A DNA stretch of 34,754 nt from Mollicutes bacterium. Its GTDB lineage: Bacteria > Bacillota_I > Bacilli_A > RF39 > UBA660. Positions 1-8,618 of the stretch are shown here, in pieces. Below the pieces are notes generated by a model that did no database searches, was not told where the DNA came from, and saw nothing but the letters and a program-made list of their open reading frames with translations. Location of the stretch: NCBI GenBank assembly GCA_003560455.1, contig PWIL01000034.1:1-34754 (forward strand). The letters run 5' to 3'. Both the position numbers and the translations under genes were made by a program. Position 1 is the first letter of the stretch. Every line of letters begins with the position of its first letter.

Positions 1-485
1 TTGTTGCGGAAAAAATAGTAGTTGATTTACGGTATATTATTGCCGGAGTAATTTTTATAATAGCCGCTTTAACTGATTTTATTGATGGCTATATTGCTCG
101 CAAATATAATCAAGTTACTGATTTTGGTAAAATGCTTGATGCAATCGCCGATAAAATTTTGGTTAATTCTGTTTTAATTATATTAACGGCTTCAGGGTTT
201 ATTCATCCAATAATACCGGTTGTAATTATTAGCAGGGATACTTTAGTAAATAGTTTAAAAATGATTTCTGGTAATCAAGGAGAAGTAGTTGGTGCTAGTA
301 TTTTAGGAAAAATAAAAACCGTTTGTATGATGAGTGGAATTGTATTAATACTTTTTTATAACCTGCCTTTTGAATTATATAATATTCGAATAGCCGACTT
401 TTTATTAATCATTGCCGTGATCTTATCAGTTGTTTCAGGAATGCAATATTACAATCAAACAAAAAAATTTATTGAAGAAAAATAA
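1..485 (+). CDS. pgsA: CDP-diacylglycerol--glycerol-3-phosphate 3-phosphatidyltransferase, 5'-truncated by the window edge (first full codon at 3)
   Basis: The frame is open from the window edge. The translation ...LTDFIDGYIARKYNQVTDFGKMLDAIADK... matches the CDP-alcohol phosphatidyltransferase signature DG-x2-AR-x8-G-x3-D-x3-D. The rest is hydrophobic, and pgsA-recA-rny synteny is typical of Firmicutes. Confidence 0.85.
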   Translation, partial: VAEKIVVDLRYIIAGVIFIIAALTDFIDGYIARKYNQVTDFGKMLDAIADKILVNSVLIILTASGFIHPIIPVVIISRDTLVNSLKMISGNQGEVVGASILGKIKTVCMMSGIVLILFYNLPFELYNIRIADFLLIIAVILSVVSGMQYYNQTKKFIEEK

Positions 486-491
486 TTTGCC

Positions 492-521
492 AAAAAACCT
501 TATTTAAAAAAGGTTTTTTTT
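492..521 (+). terminator. Rho-independent terminator after pgsA
   Basis: The inverted repeat AAAACCT (494-500) / AGGTTTT (511-517) is followed by a T-run to 521. Confidence 0.6.
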
Positions 522-548
522 ATTTAGAAAATAAAACTTGACAAAAAA

Positions 549-562
549 CGAACATTTGTTTG
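549..562 (+). promoter_or_regulatory. LexA (Cheo/SOS) box-like operator upstream of recA
   Basis: CGAACATTTGTTTG differs at one position from the Gram-positive SOS-box pattern CGAAC-N4-GTTCG. It lies just upstream of the recA promoter and just downstream of a TTGACA at 538-543. Confidence 0.6.
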
Positions 563-571
563 CTAAAAGTC

Positions 572-600
572 TTGACTTTTCATTTTGGCTAAGATAAAAT
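572..600 (+). promoter_or_regulatory. sigmaA-type promoter for recA
   Basis: TTGACT (572-577), a 17-nt spacer, then TAAAAT (595-600). It is followed by SD GAGGAGG (612-618) and ATG 625. Confidence 0.6.
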
Positions 601-624
601 GAAAATAGAATGAGGAGGAAAAAA

Positions 625-1656
625 ATGACAAAAAAAGAAGAAAAAACAATTAAAACAGATGAAAAAACAACTAAAACAGACAAGACATTAGAATCAGTAA
701 TTAGTGATATCGAAAAACAATTTGGTAAAGGATCGGTAATGCGACTTGGTGATGGTGTGAAACGGGAAATAGCCGTTATTTCTAGTGGTTCTTTATCATT
801 AGATATTGCACTTGGAATCGGGGGCTATCCCAAAGGGCGAATCATAGAAATTTTTGGTCCCGAAGCAAGTGGTAAAACGACAATTGCCTTACATGCAATT
901 GCCGAGGCACAAAAACAAGGCGGACGGGTTGCTTTTATTGATGCAGAGCATTCACTTGATACTAAATATGCAGCTCGTTTAGGAGTTGATATTGAAAATT
1001 TAGTGTTATCGCAACCTGATAATGGTGAACAAGCACTAGAAATATGCGAAGCATTAGTACGGAGTGGAGCGATTACAACAATTGTAATTGATTCTGTTGC
1101 TGCTCTTGTGCCAAGAGCCGAAATAGAAGGTGAAATGGGCGATAGTCACATGGGATTACAAGCACGTTTAATGAGCCAAGCATTAAGAAAACTTTCTGGG
1201 GTAGTTAATAAAACTAACACAACGGCAATTTTTATTAATCAATTACGTGATAAAGTAGGAATTGTTTTTGGCAATCCAGAAGTCACACCTGGTGGTCGAG
1301 CGTTAAAATTCTATTCATCAATTAGAATTGATGTTCGTCGTTCCGAGCCCATTAAATCCGGAACTGATATTATTGGTGGTAAAGCAAGTATCAAAGTTGT
1401 TAAAAACAAAATGGCGCCACCTTTTAAAAGTTGTGCCGTTGATATAATGTATGGCATGGGAATATCACTCGAAGGTGAAATAGTTGACTTAGCAAATGAA
1501 TTAGGTATTATTGAAAAGAGCGGAACATGGTATTCATATAAAGGCGAAAAAATTGGCCAAGGTAAAGAAAATGTCAAGTTATTGTTAAAGAAAGATGAAA
1601 AGTTAAGTCAAGAATTAATTGCTAAAATCAAAGAAAACTTAAAAGAAAAAGAATAA
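625..1656 (+). CDS. recA: Recombinase RecA
   Basis: Motifs present: [15 protein letters not shown], Walker [39 protein letters not shown] and [11 protein letters not shown] chose ATG 625 (6 nt after GAGGAGG) over the ORF-track ATG 610, which overlaps the SD. Confidence 0.97.
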   Translation: MTKKEEKTIKTDEKTTKTDKTLESVISDIEKQFGKGSVMRLGDGVKREIAVISSGSLSLDIALGIGGYPKGRIIEIFGPEASGKTTIALHAIAEAQKQGGRVAFIDAEHSLDTKYAARLGVDIENLVLSQPDNGEQALEICEALVRSGAITTIVIDSVAALVPRAEIEGEMGDSHMGLQARLMSQALRKLSGVVNKTNTTAIFINQLRDKVGIVFGNPEVTPGGRALKFYSSIRIDVRRSEPIKSGTDIIGGKASIKVVKNKMAPPFKSCAVDIMYGMGISLEGEIVDLANELGIIEKSGTWYSYKGEKIGQGKENVKLLLKKDEKLSQELIAKIKENLKEKE

Positions 1657-1659
1657 AGG

Positions 1660-1686
1660 GCACAAATTATTAATTTGTGCTTTTTC
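1660..1686 (+). terminator. Rho-independent terminator after recA
   Basis: GCACAAATT (1660-1668) / AATTTGTGC (1672-1680), followed by TTTTT. Confidence 0.75.
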
Positions 1687-1715
1687 TTGACATATTAGTT
1701 TTTTTTAATTAAAAT
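1687..1715 (+). promoter_or_regulatory. sigmaA-type promoter for rny
   Basis: TTGACA (1687-1692), a 17-nt spacer, then TAAAAT (1710-1715). Confidence 0.65.
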
Positions 1716-1774
1716 ATAAGTTATAGTGATTGAACTTACTATGATAATTTATATATTTGAAGGGAGGTATGTTT

Positions 1775-3328
1775 ATGGAAAATATAGCTATCTCCACTCT
1801 CTTAGTTTTAATTGGATTATTTGTCGGAATTATTTTAATGATTGTATTAAACAGTTTAAAATTATTTGGCGCTACTAAAAAAACTGATAAAATAATTGAA
1901 GAAGCAAAAAAAGAAGCCTCAAAAATAAAAAAAGATTATTTGTTAGAAGCTAAAGAAGAAGCACATAAAAATAAACGCGAAGTTGAAGAAGACATTAAAG
2001 AAAAGAAAAAAGAAATAAAAACAGCTGAAGAACGTTTAATGCAACGTGAATCGAACATTGATCGACGCGATGGTAATATGCAAAAAAGAGAACAATTATT
2101 AGATGAAAAAGATAATGAGTTAAACAAAAAACAAGAAATAATCCAAAAAGAATTGGCAGAAGTTGGAGAACTAAAAGAAAAAGAATTAAAAAAATTAGAA
2201 CAAATTACTAAAATTTCACGCGAAGAAGCTAAAAAACAATTTTTTGAAAAAGTTGAAGAAACACTGAATGTTGAACTTGCAAATTTCATTAAAGAAAAAG
2301 AAAGTGAAGCAAAAATAGTTGCTGATAAAAAATCACAACATATTCTAGTTGAAGCAATGCAAAGATATGCAAATGATGTATCAGTTGAACAAACTGTCAC
2401 CGTTGTAAATTTGCCAAGCGATGATGTGAAGGGGAAAATTATTGGTCGTGAAGGTCGTAATATTCGAACGATTGAAGCGGTAACAGGTGTTGACTTAATT
2501 ATTGATGATACCCCAGAAGCACTTGTTCTATCTAGTTTTGATCCACTAAGACGTGAAATAGCAAGAGTTACTGTTGAATCGTTAATTCGGGATGGCCGAA
2601 TTCACCCAGCAAGAATTGAAGAAATTTATGACAAAACTTGTAAAGATATTAAAGTTAAAATTCGCGAATATGGTGAAGAAGCATTATTTAATTTAGGAAT
2701 AACTAAAGTTGATCCAGCCTTAGTTGAAATGTTAGGAAAACTTCATTTTCGTTCAAGTTATGGTCAAAATGCTTTATTACATGCAATTGAAGTGGCTAAT
2801 TTAACCGGTATTTTGGCAGCTGAGTTAAATGAAAATGTTTTATTAGCTAAAAGAGCAGGCTTATTACATGATATTGGAAAATCAATTGATCATGAAATAG
2901 AAGGTAGTCATGTTGACATCGGAGTAGAAATTGCTGAAAAGTATAAAGAAGATCCAGTTGTTGTGGATGGTATAGCATCGCATCATGGCAATGTTGAACC
3001 GCAATCAGTTATTGCTAATTTAGTAGGTATCGCTGATGCATTATCAGCTTCTCGTCCAGGAGCAAGAAATGATTCATTAGAAAACTATATTAAAAGATTA
3101 CAAGAATTAGAAGCAATTGCCAATACAATGAGTGGCGTTGAAAAATCGTTTGCTATTCAAGCCGGACGTGAATTAAGGGTATTAGTTCAACCCGAAAAAA
3201 TAGATGATGTTGGTAGTTATAAAATGGCTCGTGATGTTAAAAATAAAATTGAAGAACAATTACAATATCCAGGTACAATTAAAGTAACCGTAATTCGTGA
3301 ATTACGAGCAACAGAAGAAGCTAAATAA
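1775..3328 (+). CDS. rny: Ribonuclease Y (membrane-anchored KH/HD endoribonuclease)
   Basis: An N-terminal TM helix is followed by a long E/K coiled coil, a KH domain ([26 protein letters not shown]) and an HD domain (LLHDIGK...ASHHG). ATG 1775 lies 7 nt after GGGAGG; the ORF-track TTG 1757 overlaps the SD. Confidence 0.96.
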   Translation: MENIAISTLLVLIGLFVGIILMIVLNSLKLFGATKKTDKIIEEAKKEASKIKKDYLLEAKEEAHKNKREVEEDIKEKKKEIKTAEERLMQRESNIDRRDGNMQKREQLLDEKDNELNKKQEIIQKELAEVGELKEKELKKLEQITKISREEAKKQFFEKVEETLNVELANFIKEKESEAKIVADKKSQHILVEAMQRYANDVSVEQTVTVVNLPSDDVKGKIIGREGRNIRTIEAVTGVDLIIDDTPEALVLSSFDPLRREIARVTVESLIRDGRIHPARIEEIYDKTCKDIKVKIREYGEEALFNLGITKVDPALVEMLGKLHFRSSYGQNALLHAIEVANLTGILAAELNENVLLAKRAGLLHDIGKSIDHEIEGSHVDIGVEIAEKYKEDPVVVDGIASHHGNVEPQSVIANLVGIADALSASRPGARNDSLENYIKRLQELEAIANTMSGVEKSFAIQAGRELRVLVQPEKIDDVGSYKMARDVKNKIEEQLQYPGTIKVTVIRELRATEEAK

Positions 3329-3342
3329 GCTTCTTTTTTTAT

Positions 3343-3378
3343 GAAAAAAACACTAATTAAATTAGTGTTTTGTTTTTT
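3343..3378. terminator. Bidirectional terminator shared by rny (+) and the convergent coiled-coil gene (-)
   Basis: ACACTAAT (3350-3357) / ATTAGTGT (3361-3368) is flanked by an A-run upstream and a T-rich run downstream. The hairpin overlaps the stop codon (3362-3364) of the minus-strand gene. Confidence 0.7.
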
Positions 3379-4978
3379 CTTCATCTAATGATTTAACAAT
3401 GTTTTTTAAGTTATTCATTACATCATTCATTGATTTTTCAATTTCATCTAGTTGATCTAATAAAAATTGTTTGTCGGTTTTTGGTTCAACTAAAGGCTCT
3501 CTTGCAGGTTCAATATGATTTAAATCTTCATAGTCTTTAGCGGGTTGAAATGCTTGATTTATATCTTTTAAATTATCTTTTAGAATATCAGCATCTCGTT
3601 TAGCTTCTTGATTCTTATTTGCTTCTAATTCCTTAATTTGTTCTTGCATTTCAGTTTTTTTTGTTTCTAAGTTTTCTTTTCGTTCAATATTTCTATCTTC
3701 ATCTAAAATTTCTTTTGCCGGATTGCCCTGACTTAAATCTTCATATAAATCAGTTTCTTGTTTTTCAAAATTAGGAAGAGTTTTATCTAAATCTTTTAAG
3801 TGATCTTGCAAATATGCAATTTGTTTTTCGGCTTCAGGTGATTCTAGTTTTTTTAGTTTATCAATTTGCGCTTCGATGATTAATTTTTTTGCTAATAGTT
3901 GTTGTTGAGGGGTTCCTTTGGAATCTTTTAATACATCTTCACCTTCAAAATCCATTTCTTTTTCTTCCACATTGTTTTCTTTTGTTTCAAGACTTTCATT
4001 AGTATTTTCAATTATTTCATTATTTTGTGTTTGTTCAATTTCATTTTGTTGGCTGTCTAAATCAAAAACAGAGTCAACATTTATTTCTTCTTTTAAGTTA
4101 GTTATTTTGTCTTCAACCTCTTGTAATTCTTTTAACAATTTGGTTTTTTCAGGTGAAACCTCTTTTTCGTATTTAGATAATTTTTCAAAAAGAACCTCTT
4201 TTTCTTTTACATAAGCTTTTAATTCAGCTTCTTTTTGAATCTTCTCTTCATCGCTTAATGTCTTTTTTTCTTCCACTTTGGGTTCTTCAGTTTTTTGTTC
4301 CGGAATATTTTCTTCAACTTTAGGTTCTGGAGTCTTTTCTTCCACTTTAGGTTCTTCAACTTTTTGTTCTGGAATATTTTCTTCAACTTTAGGTTCTTCG
4401 CTTTTTGTCTCATAGTTTTCTGGAGTTGTTAACTCTTCTTGGTCAGGTGTTGGTGTTTCAACCATTTTTTCTTCTTGTTCATTCATTTTAATGTTGATGG
4501 CGTCAATTTTATCTTCTAATTCAACAATTTCATCAATTCGTTCATACATCACTTTCGGACCTAAGTTTTTTAATTCTTTTAACTCAGCTTCAAGAGCACT
4601 TTTTTGTTCGGTTAATGATTGTTCTTCCTTTTTAGGTTGTAATTCATTTATTTTTTGATCAATTTTAGCAAGATATTGATTTAACTCTTCTTTTTCCTCA
4701 TTAGTTAATTCATTTTCAAGTTTTTTTGCTTCAGCTAAAACATTTTCTTTTTCTCTTTTTAATTTTTCAATCATTCTTTTATTTTTGTCATTATCAATAT
4801 CTGGCGCTTCATTTTGTTTTGTTTCTGTATTTTGCCATTCTAACCACATGTTTTTATGTTTAATTCCTTCAAAAATTTCTTTTGGAATAGCACCAACTTT
4901 AGCACCCGTTAAGTTTATTGTTTGTTTTCCAATAGATTTAAAAATTATTTCTTGGTTATTGACATTAATTGAATTCAT
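3362..4978 (-). CDS. Hypothetical 538-aa Glu/Lys-rich coiled-coil protein with a short non-repetitive N-terminal domain
   Basis: AGGAGG lies 5 nt upstream of ATG 4978 and overlaps the stop of the upstream DUF1292 gene. About 90% of the protein has E/K/Q/L-rich heptad-like composition, plus a PKVEE repeat block. I recognise no family. Confidence 0.7.
   Translation of the reverse strand: MNSINVNNQEIIFKSIGKQTINLTGAKVGAIPKEIFEGIKHKNMWLEWQNTETKQNEAPDIDNDKNKRMIEKLKREKENVLAEAKKLENELTNEEKEELNQYLAKIDQKINELQPKKEEQSLTEQKSALEAELKELKNLGPKVMYERIDEIVELEDKIDAINIKMNEQEEKMVETPTPDQEELTTPENYETKSEEPKVEENIPEQKVEEPKVEEKTPEPKVEENIPEQKTEEPKVEEKKTLSDEEKIQKEAELKAYVKEKEVLFEKLSKYEKEVSPEKTKLLKELQEVEDKITNLKEEINVDSVFDLDSQQNEIEQTQNNEIIENTNESLETKENNVEEKEMDFEGEDVLKDSKGTPQQQLLAKKLIIEAQIDKLKKLESPEAEKQIAYLQDHLKDLDKTLPNFEKQETDLYEDLSQGNPAKEILDEDRNIERKENLETKKTEMQEQIKELEANKNQEAKRDADILKDNLKDINQAFQPAKDYEDLNHIEPAREPLVEPKTDKQFLLDQLDEIEKSMNDVMNNLKNIVKSLDEEKTKH
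4271..4396 (-). repeat. Tandem 69-nt (23-codon) coding repeat, two copies (EEPKVEENIPEQK[VT]EEPKVEEK..)
   Basis: TTCCACTTT..GGTTCTTCA..TTTTTGTTC.GGAATATTTTCTTCAACTTTAGGTTC occurs at 4271 and again at 4340 with a few substitutions. Confidence 0.85.
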
Positions 4979-4987
4979 TTTTTCCTC

Positions 4988-5266
4988 CTAATTTTCATCA
5001 CTTTCCGCTTGTTTTTTCATAATTACTTTTAATCGGTTCCATTCCTCTTCAGTTGCAATACTATCAAAAATATAATTATCATTTTCTGTTTTTAAAGTTG
5101 AAACCATAATTTTTTGGCTTTCGCCTTGGTCATCACTATATTTATAAATAACATATTCTTTTCCAAATTCTTTTAATTCTAAAACTGAGATAATCTCGAC
5201 TTCTTTTTCAGTCCCATCGATCTCAATTTTCATTAACTGTTTTTTTTCATCAGTCAATTGTGTCAC
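4988..5266 (-). CDS. DUF1292 (YrzB-like) small acidic protein
   Basis: The pattern ..IEIDGTEKEVEIISVLELKEFGKEYVIYKY....IFDSIATEEEWNRLKVIM.. fits the DUF1292 layout as I remember it. The start is ambiguous: GTG 5266 abuts the SD, whereas TTG 5257 lies 8 nt after GGAAGG and may be the true start. Confidence 0.65.
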   Translation of the reverse strand: MTQLTDEKKQLMKIEIDGTEKEVEIISVLELKEFGKEYVIYKYSDDQGESQKIMVSTLKTENDNYIFDSIATEEEWNRLKVIMKKQAESDEN

Positions 5267-5484
5267 CTTCCTTATTGATTTAATTATAACACAAAAAGAA
5301 AAAAAATAAAAACAAAAATATAAAAAAACTTAAATTTAATATTTTTTTCTAAAAAAAGGCTTGTTTTGTAAATCAACTTCTATTTTTTTTAAGTTTTAAA
5401 AAAAAAATATAAATTTAAATTAAATTAAAAAAACTTTTTTTCCTTTTGAAATAAAGGTTTTAGTTGTTTTGACAAAAAAATCTG

Positions 5485-5513
5485 TTGCATTTTTTTTTTG
5501 TTAATGATACGAT
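5485..5513 (+). promoter_or_regulatory. Candidate promoter for nrdDG
   Basis: TTGCAT (5485-5490), a 17-nt spacer, then TACGAT (5508-5513) with TG at 5505-5506. A TTGACA at 5469-5474 has no matching -10. Confidence 0.35.
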
Positions 5514-5574
5514 TTAGTTGCAAGGTAGTTAAAATAATTTTTGATTTTTTAAAGAAAAAATTGAAAATTCAACA

Positions 5575-5590
5575 GCAAACAAACGTTTGC
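5575..5590. promoter_or_regulatory. Perfect palindrome GCAAAC-AAAC-GTTTGC in the nrdD leader (operator or small attenuator hairpin)
   Basis: The arms are a 6+6 nt inverted repeat followed by TTTTGTTATT, 48 nt upstream of ATG 5638. The core CAAACAAACGTTTG matches the reverse complement of the recA box at 12 of 14 positions. Confidence 0.35.
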
Positions 5591-5637
5591 TTTTGTTATT
5601 GTGATATGCTATGATTAATGAAAATGAGGGAGGATTT

Positions 5638-8004
5638 ATGAAAGAAATTGAAAAAAAAGTAGCACAAATGCAAGTAATTAAACGAAATGGTCGTGGGGTG
5701 CCATTTGATGGTAGTAAAATTGCGATCGCCATTAAAAAAGGGTTTGACAGTATTGTCGATTTAGAAGATGATAATTTACAGCGTAAATATACTTCTAAAG
5801 ATATTGATAAAGTTTATCGTGGAGTAATTGGTGAGATAGCAAAAAAATATCAACCAAATGATCGAGTGAAAATTGAAGATATTCAAGATATGATTGAAAA
5901 CCAATTACAAAAATTGGATTATAGTGATGTTTATAGTTCTTTCGCTGAATATCGTGAGCGAAGAAATCAATCAAGACAATTATTTTTTGATCATCGAAAA
6001 CAACATAAATTTTTAAAGGTAATTGAAGATTTAGGTTTAAAATCATCATTAGAAAGTGATGATAAAAGAGAAAATGCTAATGTTGATGGTGACACAGCAA
6101 TGGGCAAAATGTTGCAATATGGGAGTACTATTTCGAAAGAATTTGCTAAATCTTATTTACTAAAAAGAAAATTTAGTGACGCTCATGATGAAGGTGACAT
6201 TCATATTCATGATTTAGATTTTTTATCAATGGGGACGACAACTTGTACCCAAGTAGATTTAGAAAAACTATTTAAAGATGGTTTTTCAACTGGTCATGGT
6301 ACGGTTCGGGAACCAAATGATATTATGTCATATGCTGCTTTAGCAGCGATTGCTATTCAGGCAAATCAAAATGATCAACATGGGGGACAAAGTATTCCAG
6401 CTTTTGATTATTATTTAGCGCCAGGAGTGGTTAAAACTTTTCGTAAGCAATTAAAACAAACTTTATTTGACTTATTGGATTATAGCGGGTTTTTATCTTT
6501 TGTTAATTTTAAAAAAATTACTAAAAAAATAGATGAAACATCAACCATTACTCTTAATGAAGATTATTTTAGCGAATTTATCAAAGATAGTGAGCAATTA
6601 GCAAAACTTTTTCAAAAAGCTTATCAAAAAGCAATTGAAAAAACTGAACGAATTACTTATCAGGCGATGGAAAGTTTTGTTCATAATTTGAATACGATGC
6701 ATAGTCGCGCTGGCGCGCAAGTTCCTTTTTCTTCAATTAATTTTGGAACTGATACCTCAGTAGAAGGTCGTCTAGTAACCCAAAAATATTTATTAGCCGT
6801 TGAAAGTGGCTTAGGACGTGGTGAGACAGCAATTTTTCCGATTTCTATTTTTAAAGTAAAAGAAGGCGTTAATTATCATCAAAAAGACCCAAATTATGAT
6901 TTGTTTGAACTTGCTTGTTTAGTTTCGGCTAAAAGATTATTTCCCAATTTTGCCTTTGTCGATGCTAGTTTTAATCATGAATTTTATCGACCAGGTGATT
7001 ATAAAACAGAAGTTGCTTATATGGGCTGTCGAACGCGGGTTTTAGGTAATGTCATTGATGAAAAAAAAGCAGTCACACCAGGGCGAGGGAATTTATCTTT
7101 TACAACTATTAATTTGCCAAGAATTGCTATTAAACATGGTTTGGTTAATAATGAAAAAGCTGATTTAGATAAATTTTATGAAGAATTAGAAAATAAAATG
7201 GAATTAGTTAAAAATCAATTATTAGATCGCTTTGCGATTCAATGTAAAAAAAGAGTTTATAATTTTCCTTTTGTTATGGGACAGGGGAATTGGATTGATT
7301 CAGAAAAATTAGGACGTGATGATAATCTCAGAAGAACTTTAAAACATGGAAGTTTATCAATAGGTTTTATTGGTTTAGCCGAAACTTTAGTGGCTTTAAC
7401 GGAAAAACATCATGGCGAAAGTAAAGAAGCTCAAAAATTAGGTTTAGAAATAATTGGCTTTATGCGTAAAAAAGCTGATGAATTTGCTGAAAAATATAAG
7501 CTTAATTTTACTTTATTAGCTTCACCAGCTGAAGGATTATCGTCAAGATTCACTAATTTAGACCGGGCGATATATGGAAAAATAAAAGGGATTACCGATA
7601 AAAAGTATTACACTAACTCATTTCATGTCCCAGTTAGTTATAAAATCAGTATTGCTGATAAAATAAAATTAGAAGCACCATATCATCAATTTACAAACGC
7701 CGGTCATATTACATATATCGAATTAACTGGAAACCCGCATAATAATTTAAAAGGTTTTATGAAAATTATTGATCAAATGAAAAAAGCAGGTGTTGGTTAT
7801 GGGGCGATTAATCATCCGTTAGATCGTGATCCAGTTTGTGGTTTTTCAGGCGTTATTACAGATAAATGTCCTGGTTGCAATCGGTTTGAGGAAGACGTTA
7901 AATTTGAACGAATTAGAAGAATTACCGGCTATTTAGTTGGGACAGTTGATCGCTTTAATGATGGTAAAAAAGCTGAAGAAAGCGATCGGGTAAAACATGA
8001 GTAA
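5638..8004 (+). CDS. nrdD: Anaerobic (class III) ribonucleoside-triphosphate reductase
   Basis: N-terminal ATP-cone (VIKRNGRGVPFDGSKI), a C-terminal Cys cluster (CGFSG...CPGCN) and the glycyl-radical motif RRITGYLVG. ATG 5638 lies 5 nt after GAGGGAGG. Confidence 0.95.
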   Translation: MKEIEKKVAQMQVIKRNGRGVPFDGSKIAIAIKKGFDSIVDLEDDNLQRKYTSKDIDKVYRGVIGEIAKKYQPNDRVKIEDIQDMIENQLQKLDYSDVYSSFAEYRERRNQSRQLFFDHRKQHKFLKVIEDLGLKSSLESDDKRENANVDGDTAMGKMLQYGSTISKEFAKSYLLKRKFSDAHDEGDIHIHDLDFLSMGTTTCTQVDLEKLFKDGFSTGHGTVREPNDIMSYAALAAIAIQANQNDQHGGQSIPAFDYYLAPGVVKTFRKQLKQTLFDLLDYSGFLSFVNFKKITKKIDETSTITLNEDYFSEFIKDSEQLAKLFQKAYQKAIEKTERITYQAMESFVHNLNTMHSRAGAQVPFSSINFGTDTSVEGRLVTQKYLLAVESGLGRGETAIFPISIFKVKEGVNYHQKDPNYDLFELACLVSAKRLFPNFAFVDASFNHEFYRPGDYKTEVAYMGCRTRVLGNVIDEKKAVTPGRGNLSFTTINLPRIAIKHGLVNNEKADLDKFYEELENKMELVKNQLLDRFAIQCKKRVYNFPFVMGQGNWIDSEKLGRDDNLRRTLKHGSLSIGFIGLAETLVALTEKHHGESKEAQKLGLEIIGFMRKKADEFAEKYKLNFTLLASPAEGLSSRFTNLDRAIYGKIKGITDKKYYTNSFHVPVSYKISIADKIKLEAPYHQFTNAGHITYIELTGNPHNNLKGFMKIIDQMKKAGVGYGAINHPLDRDPVCGFSGVITDKCPGCNRFEEDVKFERIRRITGYLVGTVDRFNDGKKAEESDRVKHE

Positions 8005-8545
8005 AATTCGGTTAGCCGAACCAATTGAAACTGATAGTATTGTTGATGGTCCGGGGTTAAGAACTGTTATTTGGTTACAAGGCTGCCCTCATCACTGTCC
8101 TGGTTGTCACAACCCCAAAACCCATGCTTATGATGGTGGTTTTGAAAAAACGATTTCCGAAATTGTTGATCAACTAAATAGTTTGAATTTACAAGATGGA
8201 ATTACTTTCACTGGTGGCGAACCCCTAGTTCAAGCTGAGGCAATGTTAGCAATTTTAAAAAAAATTGATAAAACCAATGTATGGTTATATTCCGGATTTT
8301 CTTTCGAAGAAATATTACAAATGGCTGAAAAAAAACAATCAGTCAAAGAATTATTAGCATATATTGATGTTTTGGTTGACGGTAAGTTTTTAATTAGCCA
8401 AAAAACATTACAAAGTAAATTTAAAGGTTCAAAAAACCAACGCATTATTAATGTGCCAGCAAGTTTAGCAAGAAAAAAAATTGTTAAAAAACGCTTCCGT
8501 AATGGTGAAAAAAATAAAAAAAACAAAAAAAGTGTCTACATTTGA
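7997..8545 (+). CDS. nrdG: Anaerobic ribonucleotide reductase activating protein (radical SAM)
   Basis: It overlaps nrdD by 8 nt. Motifs: SIVDGPGLRTVIWLQGCPHHCPGCHNP (CxxxCxxC cluster) and GITFTGGEP. It carries a Lys-rich C-terminal tail. Confidence 0.92.
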   Translation: MSKIRLAEPIETDSIVDGPGLRTVIWLQGCPHHCPGCHNPKTHAYDGGFEKTISEIVDQLNSLNLQDGITFTGGEPLVQAEAMLAILKKIDKTNVWLYSGFSFEEILQMAEKKQSVKELLAYIDVLVDGKFLISQKTLQSKFKGSKNQRIINVPASLARKKIVKKRFRNGEKNKKNKKSVYI

Positions 8546-8584
8546 CATTTTTTTTTATTAATTCTTTTTTATTTGTATTTAATA

Positions 8585-8593
8585 TGATATAAT
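8585..8593 (+). promoter_or_regulatory. Extended -10 element (TGaTATAAT) ahead of the first pilin-like gene
   Basis: TG at 8585-8586 and TATAAT at 8588-8593. No clear -35. Confidence 0.4.
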
Positions 8594-8618
8594 GCAAATA
8601 ATAAAGATAGGTGATATT

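Noticed and set aside
5267-5637. oriC-like region, NrdR boxes or an FNR/Rex-type site (TTGAAAATTCAA at 5561-5572) in the AT-rich nrdD upstream region.
   Set aside because: There are no DnaA-box 9-mers. No 16-bp NrdR-type palindrome was found. TTGA-N4-TCAA has the wrong half-site length and spacing for FNR (TTGAT-N4-ATCAA) or Rex, and such a short AT-rich palindrome is expected by chance at this composition.
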